From positions 91,447-155,446 of the forward strand of contig CARUPR010000002.1 in NCBI GenBank assembly GCA_949077035.1: 64,000 bases of DNA. The letters are read 5' to 3'. This document shows positions 47,240 to 56,238 of the stretch, piece after piece. The notes beneath the pieces were generated by a model, which saw nothing but the letters and a program-made list of their open reading frames with translations, was not told the origin of the DNA and did not search any database. Origin of the DNA: an uncultured Eubacteriales bacterium. GTDB lineage: Bacteria; Bacillota; Clostridia; Christensenellales; UBA1242. How positions within the stretch are numbered: the stretch's first letter is position 1; the number at the start of each line of letters is the position of its first letter. Made by a program: the position numbers and the translations under genes.

Positions 47240-48151
47240 ATGAAGATATTTTTATTTGTTTGTTTAGCATTGTTGATTTTAATGCTTGTAATTTTAGCTG
47301 TATATTTGGTTGTAGGCAATGTTTTTTATCGTTTAATTTTGACTAGAAAGGGAAGAATGGTAAAAAAAATAGTCAAATATTTTGATTGTGATGAAGAATA
47401 TCACATATTTGATGATTTTGAAAAGATTGAAATAACAAGTGAGGATGATTTGAAACTTTGTGGATATTATAAGGACAATAATCATCCTAAACTTGCAATC
47501 TTAGTCCATGGATATGGCGGAAATCATACTCATACTGCAAAATTTGCCAATTATTTTATTAAAAGAGGATATGATATCTTGGCAATAGACCAAAGATGTC
47601 ATGGTGAAAGTCAAGGACGTGATATAACAATGGGAAGGCAGGAAAGTCAGGATTTGTTGCTTTGGATAAATAAAATGCTTGAATTAAAACCAGCTTATAA
47701 AATTCTTTTATTTGGTGTTTCTATGGGTGCAAGCACTGTTTGTATAACCTGTGGCAAAAACCTGCCTAGTAATGTGGTAATCGCTGTAGAAGACAGTGGT
47801 TATGACAATGCTGATAGAGAACTTAGATATATGTTTTTGCAGCATAAAATTTTATCAAAATTGTGTTATAAAATTTTTTATAATTACACACTTAAAACAC
47901 AGGAATTAGATTTGAAAAAGGTGGATGCCATTTCTTCATTAAAGTCATCAAAAATCCCGATGATGTTTATCCATGGTGATAGTGATAAAATTGTGCCAAC
48001 TGAAATGGTATATAATCTCTCTTCTCAAATTCCTCAAACGCGAAGAGGATTGTTTATTGGCTCTGGTGCAGGTCATGTCGGCTCTTATAATGAAAATGCC
48101 AGAGATTATGAAAGGGCTTTGAATGAATTTTTATCTAAATTTAATATGTAA
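47240..48151 (+). CDS. Membrane-anchored alpha/beta hydrolase
   Basis: N-terminal TM helix, HGYGGN oxyanion region, GVSMGAS nucleophile elbow, and late D and H (GDSD, GAGHV). Confidence 0.75.
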   Translation: MKIFLFVCLALLILMLVILAVYLVVGNVFYRLILTRKGRMVKKIVKYFDCDEEYHIFDDFEKIEITSEDDLKLCGYYKDNNHPKLAILVHGYGGNHTHTAKFANYFIKRGYDILAIDQRCHGESQGRDITMGRQESQDLLLWINKMLELKPAYKILLFGVSMGASTVCITCGKNLPSNVVIAVEDSGYDNADRELRYMFLQHKILSKLCYKIFYNYTLKTQELDLKKVDAISSLKSSKIPMMFIHGDSDKIVPTEMVYNLSSQIPQTRRGLFIGSGAGHVGSYNENARDYERALNEFLSKFNM

Positions 48152-48166
48152 ATATAAAACCGCTTA

Positions 48167-48236
48167 ATTTAAAATTCAATATTTAAAATTCATTACTTAA
48201 AATTTATTATTTAAAATTCAATATTTAAAATTCTCT
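48167..48236. repeat. 14-nt tandem repeat x5
   Basis: ATTTAAAATTCAAT / ATTTAAAATTCATT / ACTTAAAATTTATT / ATTTAAAATTCAAT / ATTTAAAATTCTCT, head to tail. Confidence 0.9.
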
Positions 48237-48285
48237 TTTAATAAAAAAACCAATTTTTCTGAAAATTTAAAAAATAAAATATACT

Positions 48286-48318
48286 AAAAAAAAGACACTA
48301 AAATTGTGTCTTTTTTTT
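48286..48318. terminator. Bidirectional intrinsic terminator between the hydrolase gene and nifJ
   Basis: A8-GACAC (48294-48298), loop, GTGTC (48306-48310)-T8. Confidence 0.75.
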
Positions 48319-48320
48319 AT

Positions 48321-48359
48321 GAAGGCAAGCTAGGCAAGAAGGCGAGTGCTTTCTTTTTT
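48321..48359 (+). repeat. Dispersed repeat copy
   Basis: GAAGGCAAGCTAGGCAAGAAGGCGAGTGCTTTCTTTTTT immediately after the terminator. Confidence 0.65.
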
Positions 48360-48412
48360 AATTGTTTTTCAAATTCAAAATCATTCAGATTTTGATTTGT
48401 TTTAAATTAGAA

Positions 48413-51400
48413 TCACTCAGATTTTGATTTGTTTTCAAGTTTTGAATATTCATAAATCGCCTGATTTTTTTGTTTTTCCAAAAGTTCTTGCATACCTTTT
48501 TCCATGGTAATTTGAAATCTTCTTTCGCCTTTAAGAAAATCAAAATAATTGTCGCTGTTCATATTGCTTGAAAGCTCTAATTTATCTGATGCAGGGTCAT
48601 ATTTAAATAATGGCCAGAATCCACAATCAACAGCTTTTTTGGTTTCTAGCATCATGTTTGAAAGTTCAAAACCTTGATTAATGCAAGGGGCATATGCAAT
48701 TACGATACTTACACCTTGATAATTTTGTGCATCACTTAATGTTTTTATTGCATGATTCATATTTCCGCCAAGAGCGATTTGACCTACAAATACATCTTTA
48801 TACGCTAGTGCGATTTGACCTAAATTTTTCTTTGCGACCTTTTTCCCGCTGTCAGCAAATTTGACACTTGCTCCAGTTGGAGTTGCCTTGCTTGCTTGAC
48901 CGCCTGTATTTGAATAACTTTGATTGTCAAGCACTAAAATATTTACATTTTCGCCACTTGCAAGAACATGGTCAAGTCCACCAAAGCCGATATCGTCAGC
49001 CCATCCATCGCCACCAATAATCCAAATTTTTTTGTCTTTGTTTATATTGTTAAATTGGCTGCCAAGTTTTATTCCAAGACCAAATTCTGCATTATCTTCA
49101 AACAAACTATTTGCCCAGAAAACACCACCATTTTCATCTTTTCCATAAGGGCAGGCACCAAAAGTTCCGCCATAAATTGATGAGCAACCTGTAGCATTTG
49201 CAATCATCATATTGCTTCCATTAAGCATGGTCAATATTTTGATATAAGGTGTTTCACCGCAGCCAGCACAAGCACCAGAAAATTCAAATAAACTATCATT
49301 AAATTGAAGACCTTTTGTCATTGCAGAAGAGAATAATGTTTGTTTTTCACGTTTAAGCACATTTTCTTCTTTGTATTCTTTTGCTTTGTCTTCATAAACT
49401 TCCTCTGTGCCAACCATTTCAAGAGCCTTGTTGATGGCAGGGCAGGTTTTTGCACACACACCGCAGCCTGTGCAATCGTCTGGTGAAAGTAAGATTTTAT
49501 ACAATTTATCATTAAGACCAATAGCCTTGACAAAATCTTCTTTTTCCATTTTGTTGTCAATAAGCATTGCTTTCAGTGCAGAGTGAGGGCAGGCGATTAC
49601 GCATTGACCACATTGAATACAATTTTCTTTTATCCAGTTTGGAAGCCTTGATGCAATGCCTCTCTTTTCATATTGACTGGTTGCAAGAGGTGTTGAGCCA
49701 TCAGCCTCAAATTTTGATACTTTGATTGTGTTTCCCTGTAAGTTTTTGATTGGAAGCATGATATCATTATAAAATTTATTGTCATACTGTGCGCTGTTTG
49801 CATTATAAACTTTGCCTGTCAAACTTGCAACATTAACTTCATCAGCATACTCAAGTGCAGCTTTCATTGCATTTATGTTTTTTTCTACAACTTCTTTTCC
49901 TTTGATTGCAAAAGTGTTTTCGATTGCTTTTGAAATGTTTTTAATAATTTCTTCATCGCTTAACAGGTTTGAGCATTTAAATAGGGCAGTTTGCATTATT
50001 ATATTAATCTTGCTTCCTAAATTATTTTCGCGAGCAAGTTTTTGTCCATCAATTACAAAAAGTTTTGAATTTGTTTTTTGTAGTTTTTCGACATAATTTT
50101 TTGGTAAAACTTTGCCTATTTCATCTTTATTGAAGATTGTATTTAATAAAACAACACCATTATCTTTAAGGCCGTCAAGACAATCATATCTTGTGACGAA
50201 AGAGAAATTGTTGATTGAAATTAAATTTGCATCTTTGACTAGATATTCGCTTTTAATTGGAGCATCAGAAAGTCTAAGGTGAGATATGGTCAAACTTCCC
50301 GATTTTTTAGAGTCATATTCAAAATATCCCTGCACATATTTATCATAATTTTCACCTAAAATTTTGATGGTAGATTTGCTTGCCGAAACAGAGCCGTCAG
50401 AGCCAAGACCAAATATCTTGATAGCAAAACTATCATCTTGATAAGGGTCTTCTGATAAAGGCAATGAAGAATTAAACATATCATCATCAATACCAATTGT
50501 GAAATCATCCTTTTGATTTTTTGACATATTATCAAAGACCGCTTTGATACAAGCAGGGGTAAAATCCTTTCCGCCTAAACCATATCTGCCTGATAAAATG
50601 TTTGCTGATATATTAAAACTTCTTAAAGCGGCAGCAACATCAAGATAGAGAGGTGGTTTAGAGCCATTTTCCTTAGTTCTGTCAAGAATAGTAATATTTT
50701 TTACACTTTTTGGAAGTGCATCAATAAAGAGATGTGAAAGGAATGGTCTATAAAGTCTGACTTTGATTAAACCTATCTTTTTATCATTATTTTTTTCTAT
50801 ATATTCTTCAATAGATTGACAAGAAGAGCCCATTGAAACGATTATGTCTTCAGCATCCTTTGCACCAACATATTCAAAAGCTTTGAAGTTTGAGTTTGTA
50901 ATTTTATTGATTTGCTCAAAAACTTCTTCAAGGTTTTTCTCAATGCTATTATAATTGCCGCTGTTTCTTTCACGATTTTGGAAAAATACATCAGGGTTTT
51001 GTGCTGTCCCAAATTGTTTATCTTGATATGAAGATATAAATTGTTCTGGCAAATCTTTCACCAAATTTTTGATTTCGTCATCTTCAAACACCTTAATCTT
51101 TTGATATTCATGACTTGTTCTAAAACCATCAAAATGATGAAGAACTGGCAAAGAACACTTTAAAGCAAGCATATGTGATGCAAGTGCCATATAAACTGAT
51201 TCTTGGACTGAAAAAGAGCCAAGCATGATAAAGCCAGTGCTTCTTACAGCCATGATGTCAGAATGGTCACAGAATATTGAAAGTGCGTGTGAAGCAACAG
51301 CTCTTGAAGCAACATGAATAACAGCAGGCAAACATTCTCCCGCCAATTTAAACATATTTGGAATCATAAGAAGCAGACCTTGGCTTGATGTGAATGTGCT

Positions 51401-51637
51401 TGATAATGAATGTGATGAAAGAGCACCATGTAAAAGTCCGGCAACTCCGCCTTCAGATTGCATTTCAATTATTTTTACATCTTGCCCCAAAATATTCTTT
51501 TGACCCTTGCTGCTTAAAGAGGAAGCATGTTCTGCCATAGGGCTTGAAGGTGTGATTGGATAGATTGGTATAACCTGTGATAATTTATAAGCAATGCTGC
51601 CAACTGCTGAGCAGGCATCGGTAATGATTGTTTTCAT
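48413..51637 (-). CDS. nifJ: Pyruvate:ferredoxin (flavodoxin) oxidoreductase
   Basis: Single-polypeptide PFOR layout: two 4Fe-4S motifs (CIQCGQCVIACP, CTGCGVCAKTCP) and the TPP motif GGDGWADDIGFGGLDH. AGGAG SD. Confidence 0.92.
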   Translation of the reverse strand: MKTIITDACSAVGSIAYKLSQVIPIYPITPSSPMAEHASSLSSKGQKNILGQDVKIIEMQSEGGVAGLLHGALSSHSLSSTFTSSQGLLLMIPNMFKLAGECLPAVIHVASRAVASHALSIFCDHSDIMAVRSTGFIMLGSFSVQESVYMALASHMLALKCSLPVLHHFDGFRTSHEYQKIKVFEDDEIKNLVKDLPEQFISSYQDKQFGTAQNPDVFFQNRERNSGNYNSIEKNLEEVFEQINKITNSNFKAFEYVGAKDAEDIIVSMGSSCQSIEEYIEKNNDKKIGLIKVRLYRPFLSHLFIDALPKSVKNITILDRTKENGSKPPLYLDVAAALRSFNISANILSGRYGLGGKDFTPACIKAVFDNMSKNQKDDFTIGIDDDMFNSSLPLSEDPYQDDSFAIKIFGLGSDGSVSASKSTIKILGENYDKYVQGYFEYDSKKSGSLTISHLRLSDAPIKSEYLVKDANLISINNFSFVTRYDCLDGLKDNGVVLLNTIFNKDEIGKVLPKNYVEKLQKTNSKLFVIDGQKLARENNLGSKINIIMQTALFKCSNLLSDEEIIKNISKAIENTFAIKGKEVVEKNINAMKAALEYADEVNVASLTGKVYNANSAQYDNKFYNDIMLPIKNLQGNTIKVSKFEADGSTPLATSQYEKRGIASRLPNWIKENCIQCGQCVIACPHSALKAMLIDNKMEKEDFVKAIGLNDKLYKILLSPDDCTGCGVCAKTCPAINKALEMVGTEEVYEDKAKEYKEENVLKREKQTLFSSAMTKGLQFNDSLFEFSGACAGCGETPYIKILTMLNGSNMMIANATGCSSIYGGTFGACPYGKDENGGVFWANSLFEDNAEFGLGIKLGSQFNNINKDKKIWIIGGDGWADDIGFGGLDHVLASGENVNILVLDNQSYSNTGGQASKATPTGASVKFADSGKKVAKKNLGQIALAYKDVFVGQIALGGNMNHAIKTLSDAQNYQGVSIVIAYAPCINQGFELSNMMLETKKAVDCGFWPLFKYDPASDKLELSSNMNSDNYFDFLKGERRFQITMEKGMQELLEKQKNQAIYEYSKLENKSKSE

Positions 51638-51659
51638 ATAATAAACTCCTAACTATAAA

Positions 51660-51688
51660 AGTATATATATTTTATATATATAAGTCAA
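51660..51688 (-). promoter_or_regulatory. nifJ promoter
   Basis: On the minus strand: TTGACT 51688-51683, 17-nt spacer, TATACT 51665-51660. Confidence 0.5.
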
Positions 51689-51755
51689 TTATATTTGGGT
51701 GATGATTAAATTTAAAAATACTTTTTTATAGAATTTATTTTCCTCCCTAAAAAAT

Positions 51756-51784
51756 TTGACATGGATAAGATAATTTTATAAAAT
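51756..51784 (+). promoter_or_regulatory. truA promoter
   Basis: TTGACA 51756-51761, 17-nt spacer, TAAAAT 51779-51784. ATG 51792 is 7 nt downstream with no SD. Confidence 0.55.
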
Positions 51785-51791
51785 ATCTTCT

Positions 51792-52526
51792 ATGAAAAGA
51801 ATATTACTTACAATTGAATATGATGGAACAGGTTATTGCGGCTGGCAAAAACAGCCAAACCAGAAAACGGTGCAGGGCGAGATTGAGGATGCAATTTTAA
51901 GAAGCATTGGTGAAAGGGTGGAAATTTTTGGAAGTGGTAGGACTGATGCAGGGGTGCATGGCTTAAATCAAACTGCACACTTTGACTTGAAAGCACCTGT
52001 CCCAATATCTAAAATGGCAGAAGTTTTAAATAATGCACTTCCTTCTGACATTTCAATAAAAAAAGCAGTTATTGTAGATGATGATTTTCACGCACGATTT
52101 TCAATCAAGAAAAAACAATATCTTTACAAAATTTACAACAGCAAAGATAAAGATGTTTTTTTAGCAAATAGGGCAGCTTGGATAAAAAAAGAACTTGATA
52201 TTGATAAAATGCGTGAGGCTGCACAAATGCTTGTAGGCACCCATGATTTTCATGGCTATTGCTCTGCAAACACCTCGGTAGAAAATTTTGTGAGAACAAT
52301 TTATGAGATAAATCTTGAAAAAGTTGATGATTTTATCCTTATTTCAGTCACTGGAAGTGGTTTTTTGTATAATATGGTGAGGATAATCGTTGGCACTCTT
52401 GTTGATTATGCTTTGGACAAGATAAGCAAAGAGGATATTGAAACTGCATTATCGCAGGGGCTGCGCTGCCATTCTGGTCAAACAATGCCAGCTTGTGGAC
52501 TTTATCTTAAAGAAACCTTTTATTGA
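51792..52526 (+). CDS. truA: tRNA pseudouridine(38-40) synthase
   Basis: YDGTGYCGWQKQ and the catalytic GSGRTDAGVHG motif. Confidence 0.92.
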   Translation: MKRILLTIEYDGTGYCGWQKQPNQKTVQGEIEDAILRSIGERVEIFGSGRTDAGVHGLNQTAHFDLKAPVPISKMAEVLNNALPSDISIKKAVIVDDDFHARFSIKKKQYLYKIYNSKDKDVFLANRAAWIKKELDIDKMREAAQMLVGTHDFHGYCSANTSVENFVRTIYEINLEKVDDFILISVTGSGFLYNMVRIIVGTLVDYALDKISKEDIETALSQGLRCHSGQTMPACGLYLKETFY

Positions 52527-52591
52527 TTGTTTTGTTTATAGATGAATTGTAGTTTATAAAATATTTTTTATATTTTTTGATTTACTTTTGA

Positions 52592-52620
52592 TTGATTTTT
52601 TAACTTTGATATGATAAAAT
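52592..52620 (+). promoter_or_regulatory. alaS promoter (extended -10)
   Basis: TTGATT 52592-52597, 17-nt spacer ending in TGa, TAAAAT 52615-52620. ATG 52628 is 7 nt downstream. An alternative ATG at 52640 follows GGAG. Confidence 0.55.
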
Positions 52621-52627
52621 ACATTCC

Positions 52628-54457
52628 ATGGAGAAAATTATGTTGACAGATGACTATTTAAAAGAATTATGGTTTAAATTTTTTACAGAACATGGGTTTA
52701 AAAAGATTGATGGCTATTCAATCATTCCAGAAAATGACCCAACTGTTCTTTTCACTACAGCAGGAATGCATCCTTTAGTGCCTTATCTTTTGGGTGAGCC
52801 TCATCCAGCAGGCAATAGGATTTGTGATGTCCAAAGATGTATAAGGACAAATGATATAGACAGTGTTGGTGATGACTGGCATTTGACTTGTTTTGAAATG
52901 CTTGGAAATTGGTTTTTGGGTGATTGCCCAAAAGAAGAAATGATAAAACTTTCTTTTGAATTTTTGACAAGTCCTAAATATTTAGGTCTAAACAAAGATA
53001 ATCTTGCAACCACTGTTTTTGCAGGTGATGAAACAGCACCTCGCGATGATAGTGCCTGCAAAACTTGGAAAGATTGTGGAATTAAAGAGGTATTCTTCTG
53101 TGGTAAAGATGACAACTGGTGGGCTCTTGGTGGCGGTGTTGGCCCATGCGGTCCTGATAGCGAGATGTTTCTTGACACTGGCAAACCAAAATGCAGTCAG
53201 ACCTGCTCACCATCATGCAGTTGTGGCAAATATGTTGAAATTTGGAATGATGTTTTCATGCAATATAATGTCAAAAATAATGGCGAAAAAGCTGAAAAAC
53301 TTGCTAGACCAAATATCGATACAGGAATGGGACTTGAAAGAACTATCGCAATATTAAACAATGCAAAAAGTGTCTATGATACAGGTTGTTTAAAAGATGT
53401 TATAGATTTTATTTCAGCTCATGCTGGAAAAGGCTATAAAGAAGACGAAAAGTCAACCAAGTATTATAGAATTATCACCGACCATTTGCGTTCATCTGTG
53501 TTTATCTTAGGTGATGCAAGAGGGGTTACACCTTCAAATGTGGGTCAAGGTTATATATTAAGAAGATTCATTCGTAGGGCGATTAATTGTGCAAGAAATA
53601 TAAATCTTGATTGTGCTTTCTTTGCAGACATTGCTGATATCTATGTCAATAAGTATGGAAAATATTATGATGACATTGCTTCAAAGAGAGATTTTATCAA
53701 GGAAGAAATTTCAAAAGAGGTAGAAAAATTTTCAAAAGCTCTTGAAGAGGGACATAAAGAATTTGAAAAGGTGATTGCCGGAATTGAAAAACATAAACTT
53801 TTTGCTGCAAAAACAGGTGAGATAGTTGAAAATAAGATAAGCGGAAAATCGGCTTTCAGACTTTATGACACCTTTGGTTTTCCTTTTGAGCTGACAAAAG
53901 AGTTGGCATTAGAGAGAGGATACAGCGTTGACCAAATTGAATTTGATGAGAAGTTTAAAGAGCATCAAGAGAAATCTCGTCAGGCTGCTGCAGGTCAATT
54001 TAAGGGTGGGCTTGCCGACACTTCAAAACAAAGTGCATATCTTCATACAGCAACACATCTGCTTTTAGCAGGTCTTCAAAAGAAGTTTGGTTTTGATGTG
54101 AAACAAAGGGGCTCTAATATTACTCCAGAACGTCTACGTTTTGATTTCAATCTTGACCATAAAATGACAAAAGAAGAGATTGATGAAATAGAAAATTTTG
54201 TAAATGATGCAATAAAAAAATCTATTCCTGTTGTATGTGAAATTATGAGTTTGGAAGAGGCTAAAAACAGCGGTGCAGAAGGTATTTTTGCAAGCAAATA
54301 TGGTCAAGAAGTCAAGGTTTATACCATTGGTGATATAAGCAAAGAAATTTGCGGTGGTCCTCATGCCGAAAACACAAGCGACCTTCATCATTTTAAAATA
54401 ATCAAAGAAGAGTCATCTTCAAGTGGTATAAGAAGGATTAAGGCAATTCTTGATTAA
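52628..54457 (+). CDS. alaS: Alanine--tRNA ligase, short form lacking the C-Ala (DHHA1-like) domain
   Basis: Class II catalytic motifs (TTAGMHPL, QRCIRTNDIDSVGD..HLTCFEMLGNW, EIWNDVFMQY) and editing-domain metal motifs HTATHLL and CGGPH. The protein ends shortly after SSSGIRRIKAIL. Confidence 0.8.
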   Translation: MEKIMLTDDYLKELWFKFFTEHGFKKIDGYSIIPENDPTVLFTTAGMHPLVPYLLGEPHPAGNRICDVQRCIRTNDIDSVGDDWHLTCFEMLGNWFLGDCPKEEMIKLSFEFLTSPKYLGLNKDNLATTVFAGDETAPRDDSACKTWKDCGIKEVFFCGKDDNWWALGGGVGPCGPDSEMFLDTGKPKCSQTCSPSCSCGKYVEIWNDVFMQYNVKNNGEKAEKLARPNIDTGMGLERTIAILNNAKSVYDTGCLKDVIDFISAHAGKGYKEDEKSTKYYRIITDHLRSSVFILGDARGVTPSNVGQGYILRRFIRRAINCARNINLDCAFFADIADIYVNKYGKYYDDIASKRDFIKEEISKEVEKFSKALEEGHKEFEKVIAGIEKHKLFAAKTGEIVENKISGKSAFRLYDTFGFPFELTKELALERGYSVDQIEFDEKFKEHQEKSRQAAAGQFKGGLADTSKQSAYLHTATHLLLAGLQKKFGFDVKQRGSNITPERLRFDFNLDHKMTKEEIDEIENFVNDAIKKSIPVVCEIMSLEEAKNSGAEGIFASKYGQEVKVYTIGDISKEICGGPHAENTSDLHHFKIIKEESSSSGIRRIKAILD

Positions 54458-54531
54458 ATAATTTGATTTTGTCTTAAAATATATTGTATTTTTACAAAAT
54501 GTATGATACAATATTTAAAAGGGAGGAATAA

Positions 54532-55983
54532 ATGGCAAAAAAGGGAAATGTTAAAAAAGGTTTTGCAAATTATTTGCTTATTCTGTTTATTGCGATAATT
54601 GCTGCATTTTTTATAATTGTTACAATAATGCTTTTTACTCCATTCAAAAGTATTTTAGGATTCAAATATTTTGTATATTATGGGGATGCTAAACAAATTT
54701 CCTCAATAAAAAGCGCAGGGCAAGATATTGGTATAAATTTTTCAAATATAGAAAATGTTGATATAGAGTGTGGTTTTTCTAATGTCATTATCAAAAGAGC
54801 AGGCTCTAAGATTGATAGTGGTAAGATTGTTATTGAAAATAAATGTTCTGGTTTTGCTCGTGAAGACCAAGATACAGATTTTAAATATGATATCAATTTT
54901 ACCGATAACACTTTCAAAAATCTTAAAATAAAAGTTACCGAACCTGAAGGATTTTTGTTTTTTAAGAAGGATATAACTATCTCTCTTTTAACAACAATTT
55001 ATCAAAAAGATTCTTTCAATAATACAAAGATAAATATAAACAGCACAAAGGGAAATGTCTTTGTTGGAAACAATGAAGTTTTAAATCAAAGTCCAGAAGC
55101 TTTCAATGACACTTCTATAAAATCTTTGGATGTAAAAAATACCGATGGTGATATATTTATATTTGAAAAAACATCAAAAATCTCTGATTTAATGATTAAA
55201 ACAAATAAAGGTTATATTGATGCAAGGGCAAACTTTGAAATAAACAATTTAAAGTTGAATGCTTTAAAATCAAAAATAAATTTCAATGGTTTGACTTTAG
55301 ATGATGCAAAATTCAATATAAACAATTCTGATTTGAATATCAATAATTTAAATGCAAAAAATCAGGCAGAACTTGATGTAAAATCAGGTTATATCACAGT
55401 CAATAATTTGGAAGGGACAATAACTTCAAATTCAATGATAAGCGATATGGGAAAGGCAACTATTACTATAAATAATGTAAAAAACGGCAATGTTGTTTTC
55501 CCAAATGCTAATGATTCTGTTATAAAATTGGGAAGTGTTGATGAAAATTCTCAAGTATATTTGAGAGGAAAGGATTGTGACGCAAAAATCAATAAATTAG
55601 CTGGGGTAGCTTTTATTGAAACAACTGGTGGAAATGTTGCAATAACTACTAAAGGAAAAGAAAAGGAAACTGATATAGAAGCTTCACCACGCCTAGAAGT
55701 TAAGACTGGGTCTGGAAATATAAATTTAAAATATAAAGAAAAAAATATCAAAAATAATTATGTAAATTTAAAGACCAATTCAGGCAGTATAAATGTTGAT
55801 TTAAGTCAAGAACTTGCGTTTGTCCTTAATGTTTTTAATACAAAAAATGAGGTAAGAGATAATAAAAACATTTCTATTGAAGGTTATGGCAATGAATTTG
55901 TTATTCCATTGGTAAGAAATGGCGGAACAAATAATCTTAATATCACTTCTGATGGAAAGATTGCAGTAAATTTTATTAAATAA
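54532..55983 (+). CDS. N-terminally anchored DUF4097-like beta-strand repeat protein
   Basis: TM helix followed by repeated short strands (KTGSGNINLKY, LKTNSGSINVDL, TNKGYIDARANF) typical of DUF4097 putative adhesins. GGGAGG SD. Confidence 0.45.
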   Translation: MAKKGNVKKGFANYLLILFIAIIAAFFIIVTIMLFTPFKSILGFKYFVYYGDAKQISSIKSAGQDIGINFSNIENVDIECGFSNVIIKRAGSKIDSGKIVIENKCSGFAREDQDTDFKYDINFTDNTFKNLKIKVTEPEGFLFFKKDITISLLTTIYQKDSFNNTKININSTKGNVFVGNNEVLNQSPEAFNDTSIKSLDVKNTDGDIFIFEKTSKISDLMIKTNKGYIDARANFEINNLKLNALKSKINFNGLTLDDAKFNINNSDLNINNLNAKNQAELDVKSGYITVNNLEGTITSNSMISDMGKATITINNVKNGNVVFPNANDSVIKLGSVDENSQVYLRGKDCDAKINKLAGVAFIETTGGNVAITTKGKEKETDIEASPRLEVKTGSGNINLKYKEKNIKNNYVNLKTNSGSINVDLSQELAFVLNVFNTKNEVRDNKNISIEGYGNEFVIPLVRNGGTNNLNITSDGKIAVNFIK

Positions 55984-56011
55984 TTAAAATATAAATCATT
56001 TTAATTAAATT

Positions 56012-56050
56012 AAAAAGAGAATTTCAAAAATGAAATTCTCTTTATTTTTA
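56012..56050. terminator. Intrinsic terminator (bidirectional architecture)
   Basis: AGAGAATTTCA (56016-56026) pairs with TGAAATTCTCT (56031-56041). An A-run lies 5' and a T-rich tract 3'. Confidence 0.75.
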
Positions 56051-56052
56051 TT

Positions 56053-56205
56053 AACTCAAGATAGGTGTAAACAACAAGTATGTTTTTTAGTGACGCAAGA
56101 TAGGAATGATTGAAATGAGTGCTTTTTTAGTGATGCAAGACATAGGCAAAGAGGGTGCTTTTTTTAGAAATAAGAAAGATTGAGCATGAGAGTTTTCATT
56201 TGCGA
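56053..56205 (+). repeat. Array of 4 tandem units of the dispersed repeat family
   Basis: CTCAAGATAGGTGTAAACAACAAGTATGTTTTTTAGTG / ACGCAAGATAGGAATGATTGAAATGAGTGCTTTTTTAGTG / ATGCAAGACATAGGCAAAGAGGGTGCTTTTTTTAGAA / ATAAGAAAGATTGAGCATGAGAGTTTTCATTTGCG. Confidence 0.75.
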
Positions 56206-56238
56206 TAATGAAAATTTGAATTTATACAAATTTGAAGC

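Noticed and set aside
56053-56205. Tandem 35-40-nt units considered as a CRISPR array
   Set aside because: The units abut each other without unique spacers, are poorly conserved, lack a palindromic repeat core, and no cas genes are nearby. The same motif occurs singly at many terminators.
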